Below, piece after piece: positions 1 through 14,200 of a stretch of DNA of 64,000 nucleotides (positions are counted from its first letter, which is position 1; every line of letters begins with the position of its first letter). Source of the stretch: Paraspadella gotoi (lineage: Eukaryota; Animalia; Chaetognatha); the NCBI GenBank assembly GCA_051294375.1, contig CM119266.1, positions 7,023,431-7,087,430 on the forward strand. Direction: 5' to 3'. The position numbers and the translations under genes were made by a program. The notes under the pieces are model-generated. The model saw only the letters and a program-made list of their open reading frames with translations, did not search any database and was not told where the DNA came from.

Positions 1-75
1 TGTTACGTACAATAGTTTAGTATTTATCTGACGCTGTGATGAACTATGGCTTTCATGGACCTGATAATGTTATAG

Positions 76-327
76 GGCCGATGCACCACTGTTAGAGGGC
101 GATTGTTGTGGGCGATGCCGGCGGGCGCCGGCCGGGCTTAGGAAGCACAAGACCCTCTAACGCGTGGACCACAATGTCAGTTAACCACACGGGACGGCAC
201 GGTTGACCACAATGAATACAAAAGAGAACAGGGGACGCCAACTGATAAAGGACTCGCATTCGAACACGTACTTTCTTATTTAATATATAACTTTTAGATG
301 ATGTTCTTCAGAGAATTTTCTCCATCA
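76..327 (-). mobile_element. LTR remnant (90-327, internally deleted) followed by a tRNA-Gly-type primer-binding site (88-76)
   Basis: On the - strand it reads TGATGGAG...CTCTAACA then G-TGGTGCATCGGCC, complementary to the 3' end of animal tRNA-Gly(GCC). Clearly homologous to the solo LTR at 36087-36433. Confidence 0.7.
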
Positions 328-1043
328 ATAACTTCGCGCTTTAATTTACTTATGTTAATTTTAAAATCAATATTTGTTTACTTATTATAAAGGACCAATA
401 ATAGTTAAACACCGATATGAAAGTTGTCTTTTGTTTTTGTTCTCTCCTCTCTTCGCCACCTTTCGTCAGTGTCGTCAGCTTGGCTTTCCCCCGCGGCCTT
501 TTTACGCAGACCATTTTTTCATGAAAAAATAATTCCTTTCATGTTCGATTTCTTTTCTTCTTCCTTGTGATAGACTAGGACGGTTTGTCAGATTTTTCTT
601 TAATTTTACTGAATTTTTACCGAATATTTGTCTTGTTAAGTTTGTTAATATTTGTTTTGAAAAATTAATGGGGAAATGTTTGGGCCGCCATTGTCGCGTC
701 CGCGATTTGTAACGCTTTCCTCTTTGGCGTTCTGAGTCTGAGAGTCTGAGAGTCGCCATCCACTCCAGAAACCAGATGAAGCATTGATGGCTTCCCGTCT
801 TTCGGGTCAAACGTCGTTGTATCGACCTGTGGTGTGAAGTGGTTAATTCTGCGCCAACCTCGTTCGCCAACCAAGTTCGCTTCGTCTTGTAACGCATAAT
901 CGTCTTCATTGACCCGGCTCATACATGCGAACGAACTTTTCTGACATACCATTATCTTTCTTTGTCAGATTCAGAAAAAATCAGATCCGCTTTCAGATCC
1001 GTTGTAGTATAACTTAAATCCGTCAGTCTCTTTGTCCGTCAAG

Positions 1044-3915
1044 ATGGCGACGGGCAGCGACGTCCGTGACATTCTCGATCTTGACGAGGCGTCGCCTGCC
1101 GGAGTCTCGCCGGCCGGAATGAGCCGACGTGACGTGCTGTTCGGGGCGGACAAGCCCAAGCGGAAGCCGGCGCCCAAGCCGCTCGTCAAGAAGCCCGAGG
1201 GGTTGAGTCGCGAAGTCTGGGGTCTCCTCTACTCGGACTCCCGGGATCCTCCGCCTATCGTGCCCACGGACTCGGCCTCGGCCGGTAAGGAAATATCAAT
1301 TCGGTTGTGCTTTACATGCAAATTAACTCTCAATTTTTTATTAATGAGAAGAAAAATATGGCTGAAGTTATATCTTTGTCCTGAAGTTAAAATATCCGAC
1401 AAACCATAAGCCTTTCCCTCTTCTTTCTCCTCCAGGATACAAACAAGCCAAGATCAAACTGGGCGTCCAACGCGTCCGTCCCTGGCGCTGGACTCCTTTC
1501 GCCAACCCGGCGCGGAAAGACTCCCTGGTTCTGCATCACTGGCGTCGCGTCGCCGACGAGGGGAAGGAGTATCCCTTCGCGCGGTTCGACAAGTCCGTCG
1601 ACGTACCCGTTTACTCTGACGCCGAATACGCGCAGGTGGAGAGAGAGAAAGAAAAAAGTTCCCTTTTTAGTTTTAACATTAATTTATCACCATTTTTCTT
1701 TTCTGTCACTCATCAGTAGTGATGTGAAAATGATAAAATTTTAGAAAATTAAAATTTAGCATATTGAACATGAAAACAAAAATCAATAAAAATACTTGTG
1801 TAAATTTATTTTTTAATTTTATATAATAGTGGGCACCAGTAAGCTATATTTTTATATAATAATAAGTATATAATAGCTAAAATTTTGTAATTTTAAGATC
1901 GGATTTGGATTCTTTGCAAAAAGTAGATATAAGAGAGTATAATTCTTTTTTGAAAATTATTTTATTAAGTTTTATTAAATTTTATTTAAGACACCGATTT
2001 TTAATTTCCAGTTTAAAAATATAGTTTTTTATAATTTTAACCTACTTAATGACATAATTTTTGAAAAATATTTATTTTCTTTTATCAACTTTTAACGAGG
2101 AATCTGAATCTTTTTTCAGAATTTAAAAAAAAATTTTTTGAAATTTTAACATTATATAAGGGTAGTACTATATACAAAATAAGCTGATTGGGCTACTATA
2201 TTTATAAAAAAAAAAATTACAGATTAGTATTCACTAATAAAAAAGTTTTTAAGATAAAACTGCTAAATTTTGATTCCAAACTTTCACTTCAACCTACTCA
2301 TCAGTATTCTTTTCTCCATCCCCTCGCCCCAAACTCAGCATCTTCACGAAGAAAACTGGTCCAAACCCGAAACGGATCATCTCTTCGATTTGGCGCGGAG
2401 GTTCGACCTTCGATTCGTAGTCATGCAAGACCGGTACGAGCGCACGCCCGCCATTTACTTACTTCTCCTTCTCATTATCACATTCTTAAATTTGTAAAAA
2501 TTTAACCGCTCTAGTCTCTATTTATATTTAGCTACGACGTTGCGCGCTTCGTGTCGCGTTCCGTTGAGGACTTGAAGGAGCGCTACTACGCTGTTTCGGC
2601 GGCGCTGCAGCGGGCGCGGTCGACGACGCCGGCCGAGGAGAAGCCCTACGTTTACGACGCTGACCACGAGAGGAGGAGGAAGGAACAGTTGCGGCGTCTG
2701 TGGGATCGGACGCCCGAAGAGATCGAGGAAGAGCAGGTAATGTGAAAAGGGGTTACAACCTGGTACTAAGATGATCGGTGGCGGGAGATTTTAGTTTTCT
2801 CCGCGTTGCGTCGTTAACAGGTTAATACCGGCCCGACTGAGGCTGATCGGTTTATCGCTCTTTATTTCCTCTTGTAAGACATTGGCTCTGAAAAGAGTCT
2901 TGTCGGGCGAGTTACCACTCGCTTTTGTAAGAAACAATTGCTATTTCGCGAATCGTACTTTTTTCTCCCCAGACCCTAATCGCTGACATGAGAAAGATCG
3001 AGCAGCGAAAGAAAGACCGAGAGAAGCGCGCCGGCGATTTACAGAAACTCCTTTCCAAAGCCGCCGACGTCACCGCCTCCGGATCCGGCGCAGCCTCTCG
3101 AGCTTCGGCGTCGTCAGTCGACGGCGGCGGCGCCAACAAGGCCTCACTTGGAGGAAACGCGGGGGACTCTGGCGCGGGAGGTTCCGCCAGAGGTCCCGAC
3201 GGAAAGAAGGTGATAGAGGAGGTTAACGTGCGTGTTGTACATTGTACAATGTACAATATTGTAAATCGGTACCTTTTTTTTCTCTTTCTAGTTAAATCCG
3301 CTAAAAAAGAAAAACCAGCATTCATCCTCCTCCCTCAACAAATCGCGATCTACCTCCGACGTCCTCCCCGCCAAGGATCCCGCCGATTCGGCCGGCATCC
3401 GCTTCAGCGACTTCAAGACTTCCGGAGTGACGCTCCGCAGCCAGAGGCTCAAGCTGCCCTCCAACGTGGGTCAGAAAAAGACGAAGGCGATCGAGTCGAT
3501 GCTGACCGAACTCGGCGTCGACGTCAACCCTATCCCCACCGAGGAGATCGGCGACCACTTCAACGACCTCCGCTCCGACATGGTGCTCCTCTACGAGCTC
3601 AAGACGGCAGTCGCTAATTGCGAGTACGAGCTGCAGACGCTGCGGCTGCGGAAGGAGGCTGCCGCGGGTTCAGCCGCCGGAGAGGGGTCGTTGGCGGAGA
3701 GCGCCGTCAAGACGGAAGACGCCGAGGAAGCCGGCGAAGCGGATGGCGAAGCGGGAGGAACGTCCGGCAGGACTCTCGGCGGCGCCGCGGGGTCGGCAAA
3801 CGGCGTTGTCAAACAGACGAAGAAAATCTCGGAAGTGATCGACGTTCAGCGTAAGAGGAAGGCGGCTTTGGAACAGAAGAACGTTTTGAACAAACTCAAG
3901 AATAGATCTTTGTGA
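1044..3915 (+). CDS. DMAP1: DNA methyltransferase 1-associated protein 1 (NuA4/SWR1 subunit, SANT domain); exons 1044-1284, 1436-1635, 2339-2433, 2532-2736, 2973-3209, 3292-3915
   Basis: MATGSDVRDIL, KPEGLSREVWGLL, WRWTPFANPARKD..LHHWRR, SANT WSKPETDHLFDLARRFDLRFVVMQDR, RSVEDLKERYY, GVTLRSQRLKLP; GT-AG introns join in frame. Confidence 0.95.
1790..2225. mobile_element. AT-rich foldback/MITE-like inverted repeat in DMAP1 intron 2
   Basis: Imperfect inverted arms (e.g. TAGTGGGCACCAGTAAGCTATATTTTTATA vs TATACAAAATAAGCTGATTGGGCTACTA); boundaries approximate. Confidence 0.5.
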
Positions 3916-4025
3916 CTTTTTATGTCCGCCCATGTTTATTTCTGAAGTGCATTGTCTCTTCTCATTTAGTTGTTGTTTTTTTTTCGTTTTAGCAAAAAAA
4001 AAAAAAAAACCTAAATTAAATCAAA

Positions 4026-5003
4026 ATGTCGCTAAAGTTTCTTTGGCGGCCGTTTACGGCCAGGCTGAGTCAACGGGTGAAGTCTCGAACGATGGCCTCC
4101 AGTCTCCCTTCCAGTGACCGAAAGGTTGAAGAAGACGAGGCAGGAGGAATGCGTTCGACACCGAAAAAAGGGACGCCCTTCAAGGTCGTCGACGTTGAGA
4201 CCAGCAAGGCTTACCTCAAGAGCGATGCGTTTCGTGAGACTTACGGCGATCTGCCTGTCTGGCACGAGAGTATGTACAGGTCATAAAACTGAAAACGTCC
4301 TGATATTTTTGGTCGTATTCTATCTGTTTTTTTTTTGTTTCTCGCTTGCGTAGGCGAAACTTTCGCGGTCACTACGACCCCGTGCTGACCAGACCTTCCT
4401 GTGTCCAAGACGGCGTTTATCTCAGTAATCATTCTTGTCCCGTCTGTCGTGACGACCACCTCAACATTCATCACGAGAACATCGATCTCTTGCATCATTT
4501 TATTGAGGAACAAACTGGTAATATACGACAATGGGGCAACCTATTTAATTTATTAATATTCTCTTTTTTAGCTAATCTTTGACCATTGTCCGTTGATTAG
4601 GCGAAATAATTTCCTTGCGAAAAACGAAAATATGCCAAAGGCAACATCTCCGCCTTGAAAGTAAGCCTTGTATTTTATTGTGGCTATGCATTTTGTAGCG
4701 AACTAATCCTCTCATACGGAATAAACTCCGCCAGTCGCCGTAGGTCGCGCCCGCGATCGCGGAATGCTCGAGATGCGCGTCCCCGAACGCGACTACGACT
4801 ACGCCCAATTTTACGGCGCGGATCTTTTGAAGGAGATGAACTACGAGGAACCCTTGACGCCCGAAGAGACGGCGTTCTTGGTGCGGAGCAAGGACGTCGC
4901 CGGACGGCAGATCGGAAGGAACGACGTCCGATTGGACGCGAAGGACGAGGGCTACGAAGAAGATGAATTGTCGACCGTTGGATCTGACGACGAAGTCGAT
5001 TGA
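4026..5003 (+). CDS. MRPS18B: Mitochondrial ribosomal protein S18B (mS40); exons 4026-4279, 4354-4517, 4601-4660, 4735-5003
   Basis: Arg/Ser-rich presequence, YLKSDAFRETYGDLPVW..YRRNFRG, TRPSCV..CPVCRDDHLNIHHENIDLLHHFI, KTKICQRQH, ARDRGMLEMRVPERDYDY. Confidence 0.9.
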
Positions 5004-5240
5004 GGAGTTAGTCACGCCCCCCTTCCCTCGTTCCCACTTTCCATCCTGGAACGGAAAACCTCGAGAAACTTGACGACTTTTGCCCCCCGCGCTACTCGCT
5101 CCCTCTTTTTATCGCAAATTTCTTTTCTCGTTACGAAAATTTGTGAGATATTTTTTGTTGCCAGGCATGCTTTAGTCTACCTGGAAAATTGACAAAGAAG
5201 TTATTAATTTTAAAGAACAAACTTAAAAAAATAACAAAAC

Positions 5241-8200
5241 ATGGAAATAGAGGAAGATGTGGAAAAAACGGAGGTAAAATTTAAAAAAAAAAAGTGAATT
5301 ATGTAATTTCTAATTATTTCTTAATCCACAGCCTCACCATCAGCCCGACCCTGGAACCGAATCCCAGCCCTCGCCTCAACCCACACCCGATCCCGAAGAG
5401 GTTCGGGCTACTTGCTCTTCTCTCCGATCCCGCGCGCTCGACCGCCGCGCCGCCCTCGAGTCCAAGCGCCACCTATTGCTGGACTGGAAGCGCGAGGCGA
5501 CGGCCAGTTGGCGTCAAAATAAAGCGGAAATCGACGAATGCGTCGACAGTGTGGTCGCCAAAATAAGAGCCGCGCAGAGGACGCTCGTTTCTGAAACGTA
5601 AGAATTTTAGTATTTCTTATCAAATCTCCTATGTTTTGATGGTGATACATTCACACCGCCTCACATCTTCCATCCTTCAGCCAATCCCATTGGCTCAGAG
5701 GGGGAACGCACCATTCCAAGCGTTGCATTCCATCCACAGTCCTAACGATTTCCCTCTGCGTTGGCAAAGCGAGACAGTCCTAGGGTAACCGCGCCAGTGA
5801 CTGGAGGCGTCAATGAGGGTCTGAAGCCCCCAAAGCCAACATTGAGATGCCCCATCCCAATGGGCATCACAGGCAACCTGGCTGTTGCCATACTAGTTTA
5901 AATTATCGTGCTATCAAAATGATTTTCTAGGATGCGGGATCGAACGAAAAAAGTCCGCGACGCGATGGACGGTTTCGCCTCAGAGTTAAAGACACTCGAC
6001 GAAGAACTGGAACACGTGGCGCGTGACGCAGATCGGATTTCGAAGGTTCTGTTAGTTATGTTATAATATTTTTTAATGAATAAGTGCCATATTTATAAGT
6101 ATTAAATGTTCAATTTTCAGATGGGTGACGCTGACATCGCCTCGTCGTTTTCCAAACTTTCATCTCTCTCAACCACAGTGAACAAAGATTTCGACGTTCC
6201 CGATCGTCTCCCTCAGCTTCCACCTCGAATGACGCTCCCGCTCGAAGAAGTCGACGCCGCTGTCGCGCGACTCCAAGGTAAGCCTCTAAACCTCTCGGCG
6301 GCGAAAACGCTTAACGGAGACTTTCACGTCTTAAACGGCGACGAAGGGCGAACTTACGCCGACGACGACCACCGAGACGCGCGATCGATCGGCCCCGTCA
6401 CCGGCGTCACCCGGTCCGCCGGCGCGGGGCCGCCCTCGCCGAAAATGGAGGCTAACGACTTGGAATCGTCAGGTGCGGAGGTTCCGCCGGAGGAGGCGCC
6501 CCCGCCGACGATGATCGACGACGTCGCGACAGGGATGATCGAACCGGAGACGCATCAAGTCTTTTGGGCAGTGCCCGTCGGGGAGAAACAAAGTGAGAAC
6601 TGGAGAGAAAGATGGGAGAGAGAAAGAGTTTTTATTTTTTCACTTTCATAACTTCTCTTCAGAGATACGTGAAATCTCCGTCATCGAATCTCGCCTCATC
6701 CAGAATCTCTACGAAACTCCGCGTGCCTCGCTGGAGGAGGCGGCTGAAGAGGGTCGTCCAGAGTCGCTCGTGGGGCGCCGCGTCCTCGCGAGGAACGATC
6801 GAGAAAAAGACAAGGACAGCGAGAATCGCGGTAAATGGTGTCGCGGCGTCGTCGAGGATGTCAAAGATCGAAAGGTTTGACTTGTCTTTTATTTTTCCCC
6901 TTTCACTTCGATATCACAACCTCGCTTAACTCGTTTTTCTCTTGAGGCTTCGATTCGATTCGTCGACAACGGGAATCTCCAAAAATCCACTCCGTTGAAG
7001 GAGGCGTTTACCGCGGAGGCCGGCGACTGGCGGGTCGACGTCCCACCGCTGGCCTTTCCGTGCAGTCTCTGGGATCGGCCCGTCGAGCTCAAGACGCCGG
7101 ACCTTCGATTTGCATTCGTCGATTCTATTAACGTGAGATTCGGGAGAGATGGCGTCGCTGGCGGTCATTATCGATATTTATTTTCTTTTTTGTCCAGCGA
7201 TATCTCAACGATAACGTCAAGATCCGTTTGGTCATTTTGGGAACTTGGCACGAGCCCCTACCAGTAAGGGAAAATGGTCACGTTTTTGTCGTTTCTCAGA
7301 GAATTAAATTTGGCAAGGTTGTTGGTTTCAATATGAAAATTTCTTCAAGGAGTTTATTTATCTAAGACGAAATGAACTTCTCTTATTGAAATTTATTTTT
7401 TCTTCACTTCCCACGAAGGTATTTTCGGCGTCGAATCAGCTCGTGAATCACGTTCGAGTTGAAGCCTGCGACCGAAAATCGGGCGAGGTGATCGCCGACT
7501 TGGGCGAACCCGTTGTGGCCAAACTGAAAGAGATCGAATCGGGAAAGGGGCAGATCGGGAGCTCAAGGGTGAGTTTAGCAGGAGGGTAAGAAGGAAAGGC
7601 CCTCTCTACCGAATTTAATTCACTTTGGTAAAATTGACTCATATTTAGGACGTGAGAGAAAACGTATCCGGTTATTCAGAGAACTGCGTAATTCTTGACC
7701 ATGGAACTTCGGAAAGCGAGCCGGTATTTATAGTCATTGATAATTGATATTCGTATTGTAATAATTTCAATCAAACTTATTTATTAAAATATTTTTTGTT
7801 ATAGTCAAGTGAGTCACAGACGGCGACGATATTACCAAAGCCTCAACCGGATCAGGGGCCGATTCCCTCAAACCAACGCGCTATTCAGGCGCCGCTCAGG
7901 CCACCATTGAAAAAAAACCGAAAAGTAATGAAAATATATACAGAAGGCTTCATATTATAAAATGTGGTACCCTTTTTTTGTGACCAGAATCTGTTCCCAT
8001 CAAACTACCCAATTGAATTTAATGAAATTTTACATTGAGAGTGCTAATGACTATATAAATGGAACTATCGAGGCGAATTTTGATATTCGACCCCTGACAA
8101 GAGATACAGGGCCCTGGAGGTGGACCCCTGGGGGGCCAAAAAATGCTGAAAATTTTTTTTAATTTTGTAAACTTTTTTAGTAGCATTGACGTTTTAAACA

Positions 8201-11200
8201 TAAGAAAAAAACATTTTAGAATTAAAATTGATAAATTTGCAATAATTAAGCATGGTTGAAGATGCATGGTTCATCGTTTTACTTCCAATTTTCCCAAATT
8301 ATTCCAAATCTGACTTAAACTACTGATGTTCATGAAGCTAAAAATTAAGGTAAATGAATATTTTTGAGGTAATTAATACGTTTTTGTGGAAGAGTAAACG
8401 TCTGTGCAACAGTTCAAAACAAAAATAATAAAAAAAATTGAAAAAAATTTTTGACCATTTTTTGCCCTCAGGGGCTTTTCCCTCAGGGCCCATTATCTCA
8501 GCTTAGGGGTGTAATGTAAAAATTCGCCTGGATAGTTCCATTTGTATCACTACTGGTACTCCGCATGCAAAATTTCATTAAATTCTATTCAGTAGTTTTC
8601 TCGGAACGTGTTCTGGCCACAAAAAAGGGGTACCACATTTTATAATATGAAGCCTTCTGTATATCTTAACGCTTTCATTTAAGCAATATACCTCCTCGAT
8701 TTCCCCTTTGCCCCTACCCCCCTCCCTTTTCTTCAGCCGGAATGTACTCGTTGTCCGCGTTGTCGCTCCGAAAGAGTTGATATATGTTCCTACGGCGTTT
8801 CCTGCATAAATAACCCGAATTCTCCCTACCTGGTGTGGAACATGGGTCAGTTGATTAAGCGTCGCATGTATATTATCTATCGATGAAAGGATCACGGAAC
8901 TGATATATGCCTCCCGCCTGTTCTTTTCAGGTTATCCTTGCTGGAAATGCCAGTGCGACCATGACCCTGTGGTCTGCCCTCTGGACGTGTTCTGTCTCGT
9001 TTGTTGGCGACTCGAATTAGATTGTTACCGTGAAAGAGACTCTCAGCCATGGAATAGAAAGACAAGATACGGCAAAATGCGATCCGAGTGTCTAATGCGG
9101 AAAGACACTCGCCGCTGTATCTATTGCGACGCTATCGGGGAGAACGGGCGAAATGCTCACCAGGGAGGCTCAGCTTGTTGCCCCCTTAAGAAAGAACACT
9201 ACGCCCGAATTAAAGCCAAACTAATTCTGGAAAACAAGTGGAATCATCCGGAAATTGCGGTAAGTGTGTTGTTCTAGCCTTTTCAGTCGATTGCTTTCTT
9301 TGATCTTGATATGATTCTCAGTATTTTAGGGGAGGGGAGATATTTAAGAGTTCTTCCCATTTCCTTCCACTTTGATCTCAGATGCCGAGAATTCCTTCCC
9401 CGGAAGCAGTCGACGCCGCCGCCTCGTGCATTCCCGATGCTGAGAGAGACAGGACTATCTCTCTTTGTTCCATGTCGTCCGCCGGTGAGAAACGAACGCC
9501 GTTAATTTCTATCCCTTCTCGCGTTTTATTCATGAACGAGTCTTGTGTTTTTCAGATACTATATCTATCCTCGGTTCGTCCAACGTCGATACGTCGATCG
9601 AAACCATTTCCATCTCGTGTGGCGACGGCGCGGAGGCGGCTGCGGCTGCGGTTCCACAGGGAATTCAATTTTCCGCCTCCAATTTGAATTCATCCCATCA
9701 CGCCTCTTCGACTCTCTCGCAGAGTAAGGATCGGATTTCATGAATATAATCATTATAAAAACAAAACAAATGTTTGATCCTTTTCCACAGACGGCGATTC
9801 GAGCTCATCCGTCCAAAAGATATCTTATTCGTGTCCCGATATTCATACACCACAAAAGAGTGGGACCGATCAAATTGAGTAAGAGCTTAATTGCTGATAT
9901 TTAACGCTTTGTTCTACTATGTAGTCTTTCTTAACATCCCCAGTTCCACTCCGAATTCATTACAAAGATCGAGCCCAACCGTCGCCTCTTTAATACCCCG
10001 CGACTCCCCGGACACCCTTCTATCCTCGGGTTCCTCGTCCCGGATGGTGGAGGTGATCCTCGAGCGCGTCGTCCCTGCAGCGGATTTGACTCCGAAGTCG
10101 GAACCAGTCCCCCTGGAGTCGGGCGATACGTCAGAGAGCAGAGAAATTTTTGAGACATCGGGTCAAGCGGGGACGTCTGTTCAACATGTTGTGGATCCGT
10201 TGGCCCTACCATCCGAAATAAAGCAAACTATTGAAACGGCACAAAATGAAAATCTGGATAATATTTTAAATGAGGGTCTGGAACCAGAAGAACATTCAAG
10301 CGAAGATGTAGAAAATATTACGGTCGAAGGATTAGTAAGTGAGCCGAGTTTGATCGGACCCATCGTCCAAAGGGTCGAAGCGGAACGACCCGAGTCTCGA
10401 GAGTCGGAATATTCCTCCGCCGTCGAACGAGAAGACGACGAAGAAGTCGTTGGGGATGCTGATGCGGATGTAGATCAATCCCGTCCCCTTAAAATCGAGA
10501 TATCAGAAATCTCTTTCGGCCACTCTTATGATTTGCCGAAAGGGGAAAATCTCGCTTCGCAAAACCTCCTTATTCCATCGGCGGATTCCTTAGTTGGTGG
10601 CCTTGAAAAGTCGACCAACGCGGAAGTGGACGACGGGACGACGGATTTAATGCTGGAGAATATTGGCGAAGAAGTTTTCTTAGCAATTGAGAATAAGACA
10701 GACGTTATGGATCCTGTTAAGTTAAAAGCTGTTAAAGATTTCTCTGTTGTCATGACGACGGACGATAACGTAGTTGAGGCATCTGCAAACATTGCGCCGC
10801 TTTCTGTATTCGAACTCGATCGCGAGAAGAACGAGATTCAGGAAGTCAACGTTGAAAGATCAGCAAAGGAGGAAGAAGTAACAAGTTTAACGAAACCGAA
10901 CGAAGCAGCAGAAGATACGGAGCTGCTAGAGGAAGAATGTCTACAAAACCTGATGGAGGATTTGCATTCGAGAATGGAAAGAATCAGTATGGAGCATAAA
11001 TTAACCGGGATGACGATTCGAGAAAATCGTATTCCGTTTTTCACTCCGAATTACGAAATTAGAGTGCAAGTTCGGCGCGTGAGACCTGACGAGAAAATAG
11101 ATGAAACAAGAGGGGATGTTGCGCCGGAGTCGCCTTCAGTAGACGAAGCGGGAATGGGAGAGAACCAATCGTTAGATCAAATCAAAAATATTGAAATGCC

Positions 11201-14200
11201 CATCGCATCTTTATTAAAGAACGGTGAACTATCGCCGCCTCCTTCGCCGTCGAGCTCGAATCGGCGAGATCGCGAGATTGCCTCGACGTCGATCATCTCG
11301 CCGGAAGCCACGCCCCCCGGTTCTCCCGCCAGATCGACGCCTTTCTCTCCGACCACTTGGTCACCCTTGGCGCACTTGGCTTTGGGTTCGTCCAAATCAA
11401 CGACGCCCGCTGGTTCGCCGGTCGCCTCGAAGAGCGGCTCGTCCCTAATTTCTCAATCGGGAGCGAAGGGCGGAGGTTGTCACTTCAAGCCGCCCGTGCC
11501 TTTGCCCGAGGGAGATGGTACGATTATCATGGGTTTAAATCCCTCTGAATTTTCTCCTGAGATGAACAACGTCGCCTCGAAATCTATTAAAGTTCAAAAT
11601 AAGATAGACGACGAAGATGACGAACGCCGGGAAGAGCTCGATGATGGGAGAAAAACTGGAAAAGGAAAGAAAAAAAAGTCATGGAAAAAAAGAGAGGGAA
11701 AGGGGTCGAAAAACAAGACGAAAGGAACTAAGAACGGCAAATCTCATCCGACGGCTTCGCTTGATGCAGCAGCCGAAGACCCTGCGTTCCCGGAGGTTTC
11801 ATCCCAACCTCCTTTTAAGATGTCGTCGTCTTCGGACGCCGAGGCTGACGCAGTTAAATCAGACACTCGCCCCACTAAGTCTAAACTGGGACATCCCGCA
11901 GCCAAGCCCGCTCCCCCAGCCTTTCTCTGTTCCATCTGCTCCGGTACCGGTCACACTCGCGCGCTCTGCCCCGTACCGCGCGCCCCGAACTTTCGCCGAG
12001 TCAAGGACGCCGTTTGCACAACTTGCAACGAGATCGGCCACGAATCGGACGAATGCCCAGTAGGAAAAAGGCGGCCCGCCGAGCCGGAACGAGCCGAGGG
12101 GGCCGGGACACCGAACGCGGCGCCTTCCGGCATCAGCGACGTTTGGCCTCCGCAAGCTGCCGACGGGGAAGAATGGCCGCCGGTAAAACAGGAGGTGAGG
12201 AAACTGAACTATCGATCCTCGATGTCCTTAAGATGTGCTTTTCATTTATTCATTCATTCTCATTCATTTATTCCAGGAGTTGAAAACTACGCCATCATCA
12301 TCTTCATCGTCGCTCAATCCCGCCGTTCCCGAATTCACTCCATCCGCCGTGAAGCAGGCAAAAAGGTACAATGTGCCTCACTCCTCCGACATACGCCCCA
12401 ACGCACAAATCGTCATGATGGACATTCAGGTTAGGTCGTTAGAAATTTTAGGGAAATCGAAACGGGGGAAATTCGTGTTGATCACGATCTGTTGGTTTAA
12501 TCACTTTTCTTTAAGATCACTCAAAGCACTATGTAGTAGATTGGTGTGGTTCAATATTCTTTTCGTTTCCCCAGGTTGATGAAATCGCCAAAGTTTCAAC
12601 GGATTGGGATAGATTTTTCTTCGCGTCTCTCACATATCACAAAGCCTCCGATCTGGTGCGTTTCGAGGAGCTGCGCGCCAAACTCTTCGCGCTGTAAGTA
12701 ATTGAAGAGTGTTCAGTCCGAGTTGTCAGATCTTCACCATATCTCCACCCCATATTCCCTGACCCTTTTGTCCAGCCACGTCTCGGGTCAACTCGTTCCT
12801 CTTCACCCCAACGCCATCTTTCAAGGCGACCTCGTCTGCTTGCGATTGGACGCGTCCACCTTCGCTCGCGGCCGCGTCTTCCATCGCGTCCGTCAAGACT
12901 CAACGGAGCGATTCAAAGTCGACGCGTTCGACGTCGGCCGTTCCGTCGTCGCCGACGTCGCCGATCTTTTCCTTCTCGACGATTCCCTCAGGACGCGACC
13001 CTTCGCCCGATTCCACAAGTTTCGGTTCACCGCCCTCCAACCTGGCCGTGCCTTCGCTCTGCCTGGATGGAACGCTATTGGTCGCGTCGAGGACGCATAC
13101 CCGAAGCAGGTGGCGCAGTTCTTCGCCATGTTCGTCCGTGACCGGCGTCTCTCGGCGACGGTGAAGGGCGTCGACGGAGATCGAGGCTTCATCGAACTCG
13201 ATAATCTCGAGTTCGTCGGCGCCGGCCAATCGGACGAGCCTTTCATGAAAGTCTTCTTATCTACGTTTCCGACGTGTCCAGCGGGTGAGCGGGAAATTTG
13301 TTATTATACAAACTGGAAGAAATGTGTGATGCTCGCGGACGAGCTGAGGATTCGCCACATTAGATCATTTACTTGAACGACTCATCGTCATTCATTTTAT
13401 CCTTTCCCCTCACCTTTTACATTTCCCTTCTTCCCTGTTATCCTTCTTCTCTTTCACGCTTCTCTTCCTCATTCTTATCCCCGATTTTAGCGGTCTAAAC
13501 AACAACCACAACAACAACAACTTTACAACTCGTTACCAAACGACCACTTAACCGTTTAGTGGTCAGTTAAACCTGACCTTGTAATCTCGTTTACCCTTTC
13601 ATGATTTTCTCTATTGTTATGCTTATGCCATTACACTTTTTTTTTTAACCATGCAGTCGAAAATTTTTACAATCCTGTACAGTTTCTAGTATAATTTTAA
13701 GTGCTTAAAACGATAACAAGGTGTCGTCAATCAGATTTTGCGTTAGACCTACGCACAATTGACCGGAAGTTGACGTTGACTACAAAATGGAATTTTTTTC
13801 TTTCTTTAATTGCAAGATAAGAAAATAGTTTTATAAAAATAATAATTGCCTAAATTTTATGTTACTCTCAATTTTAATAGGTTTTACTTTAAATTTTTTT
13901 TTAAAAAAGGTTCTTACCCATAGTGGGGCGTGTCCAAAACCGAAAATGATGCTCAAAAACTGATAAAATACGCAATATTAATAGTTTTTGATCTACTATA
14001 AATATAAAGGTTTATTATCATATGATAGTTGTATCACAAAGAATTATCATATATATCATAAAAAACTATCATAGCTCTAAATAGACAAAATAATATCAGT
14101 TACAAAAGATTCGTTTCTTAATAACTTAAAATTCAGAATTAATTCGTTGTTGAAGAGACATCATATGCACAGGAGATAATGATTTAGTATTAAGCATATA

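Noticed and set aside
415-952. Minus-strand ORFs 502-909 and 665-952 upstream of DMAP1
   Set aside because: No recognisable motif and no consistent splice model; could be a divergent gene or promoter/outron but cannot be supported.
12702-13376. Treating ORF 12702-13376 and ORF 21411-22007 as separate genes
   Set aside because: In-phase GT/AG sites link them across the retrotransposon-containing intron.
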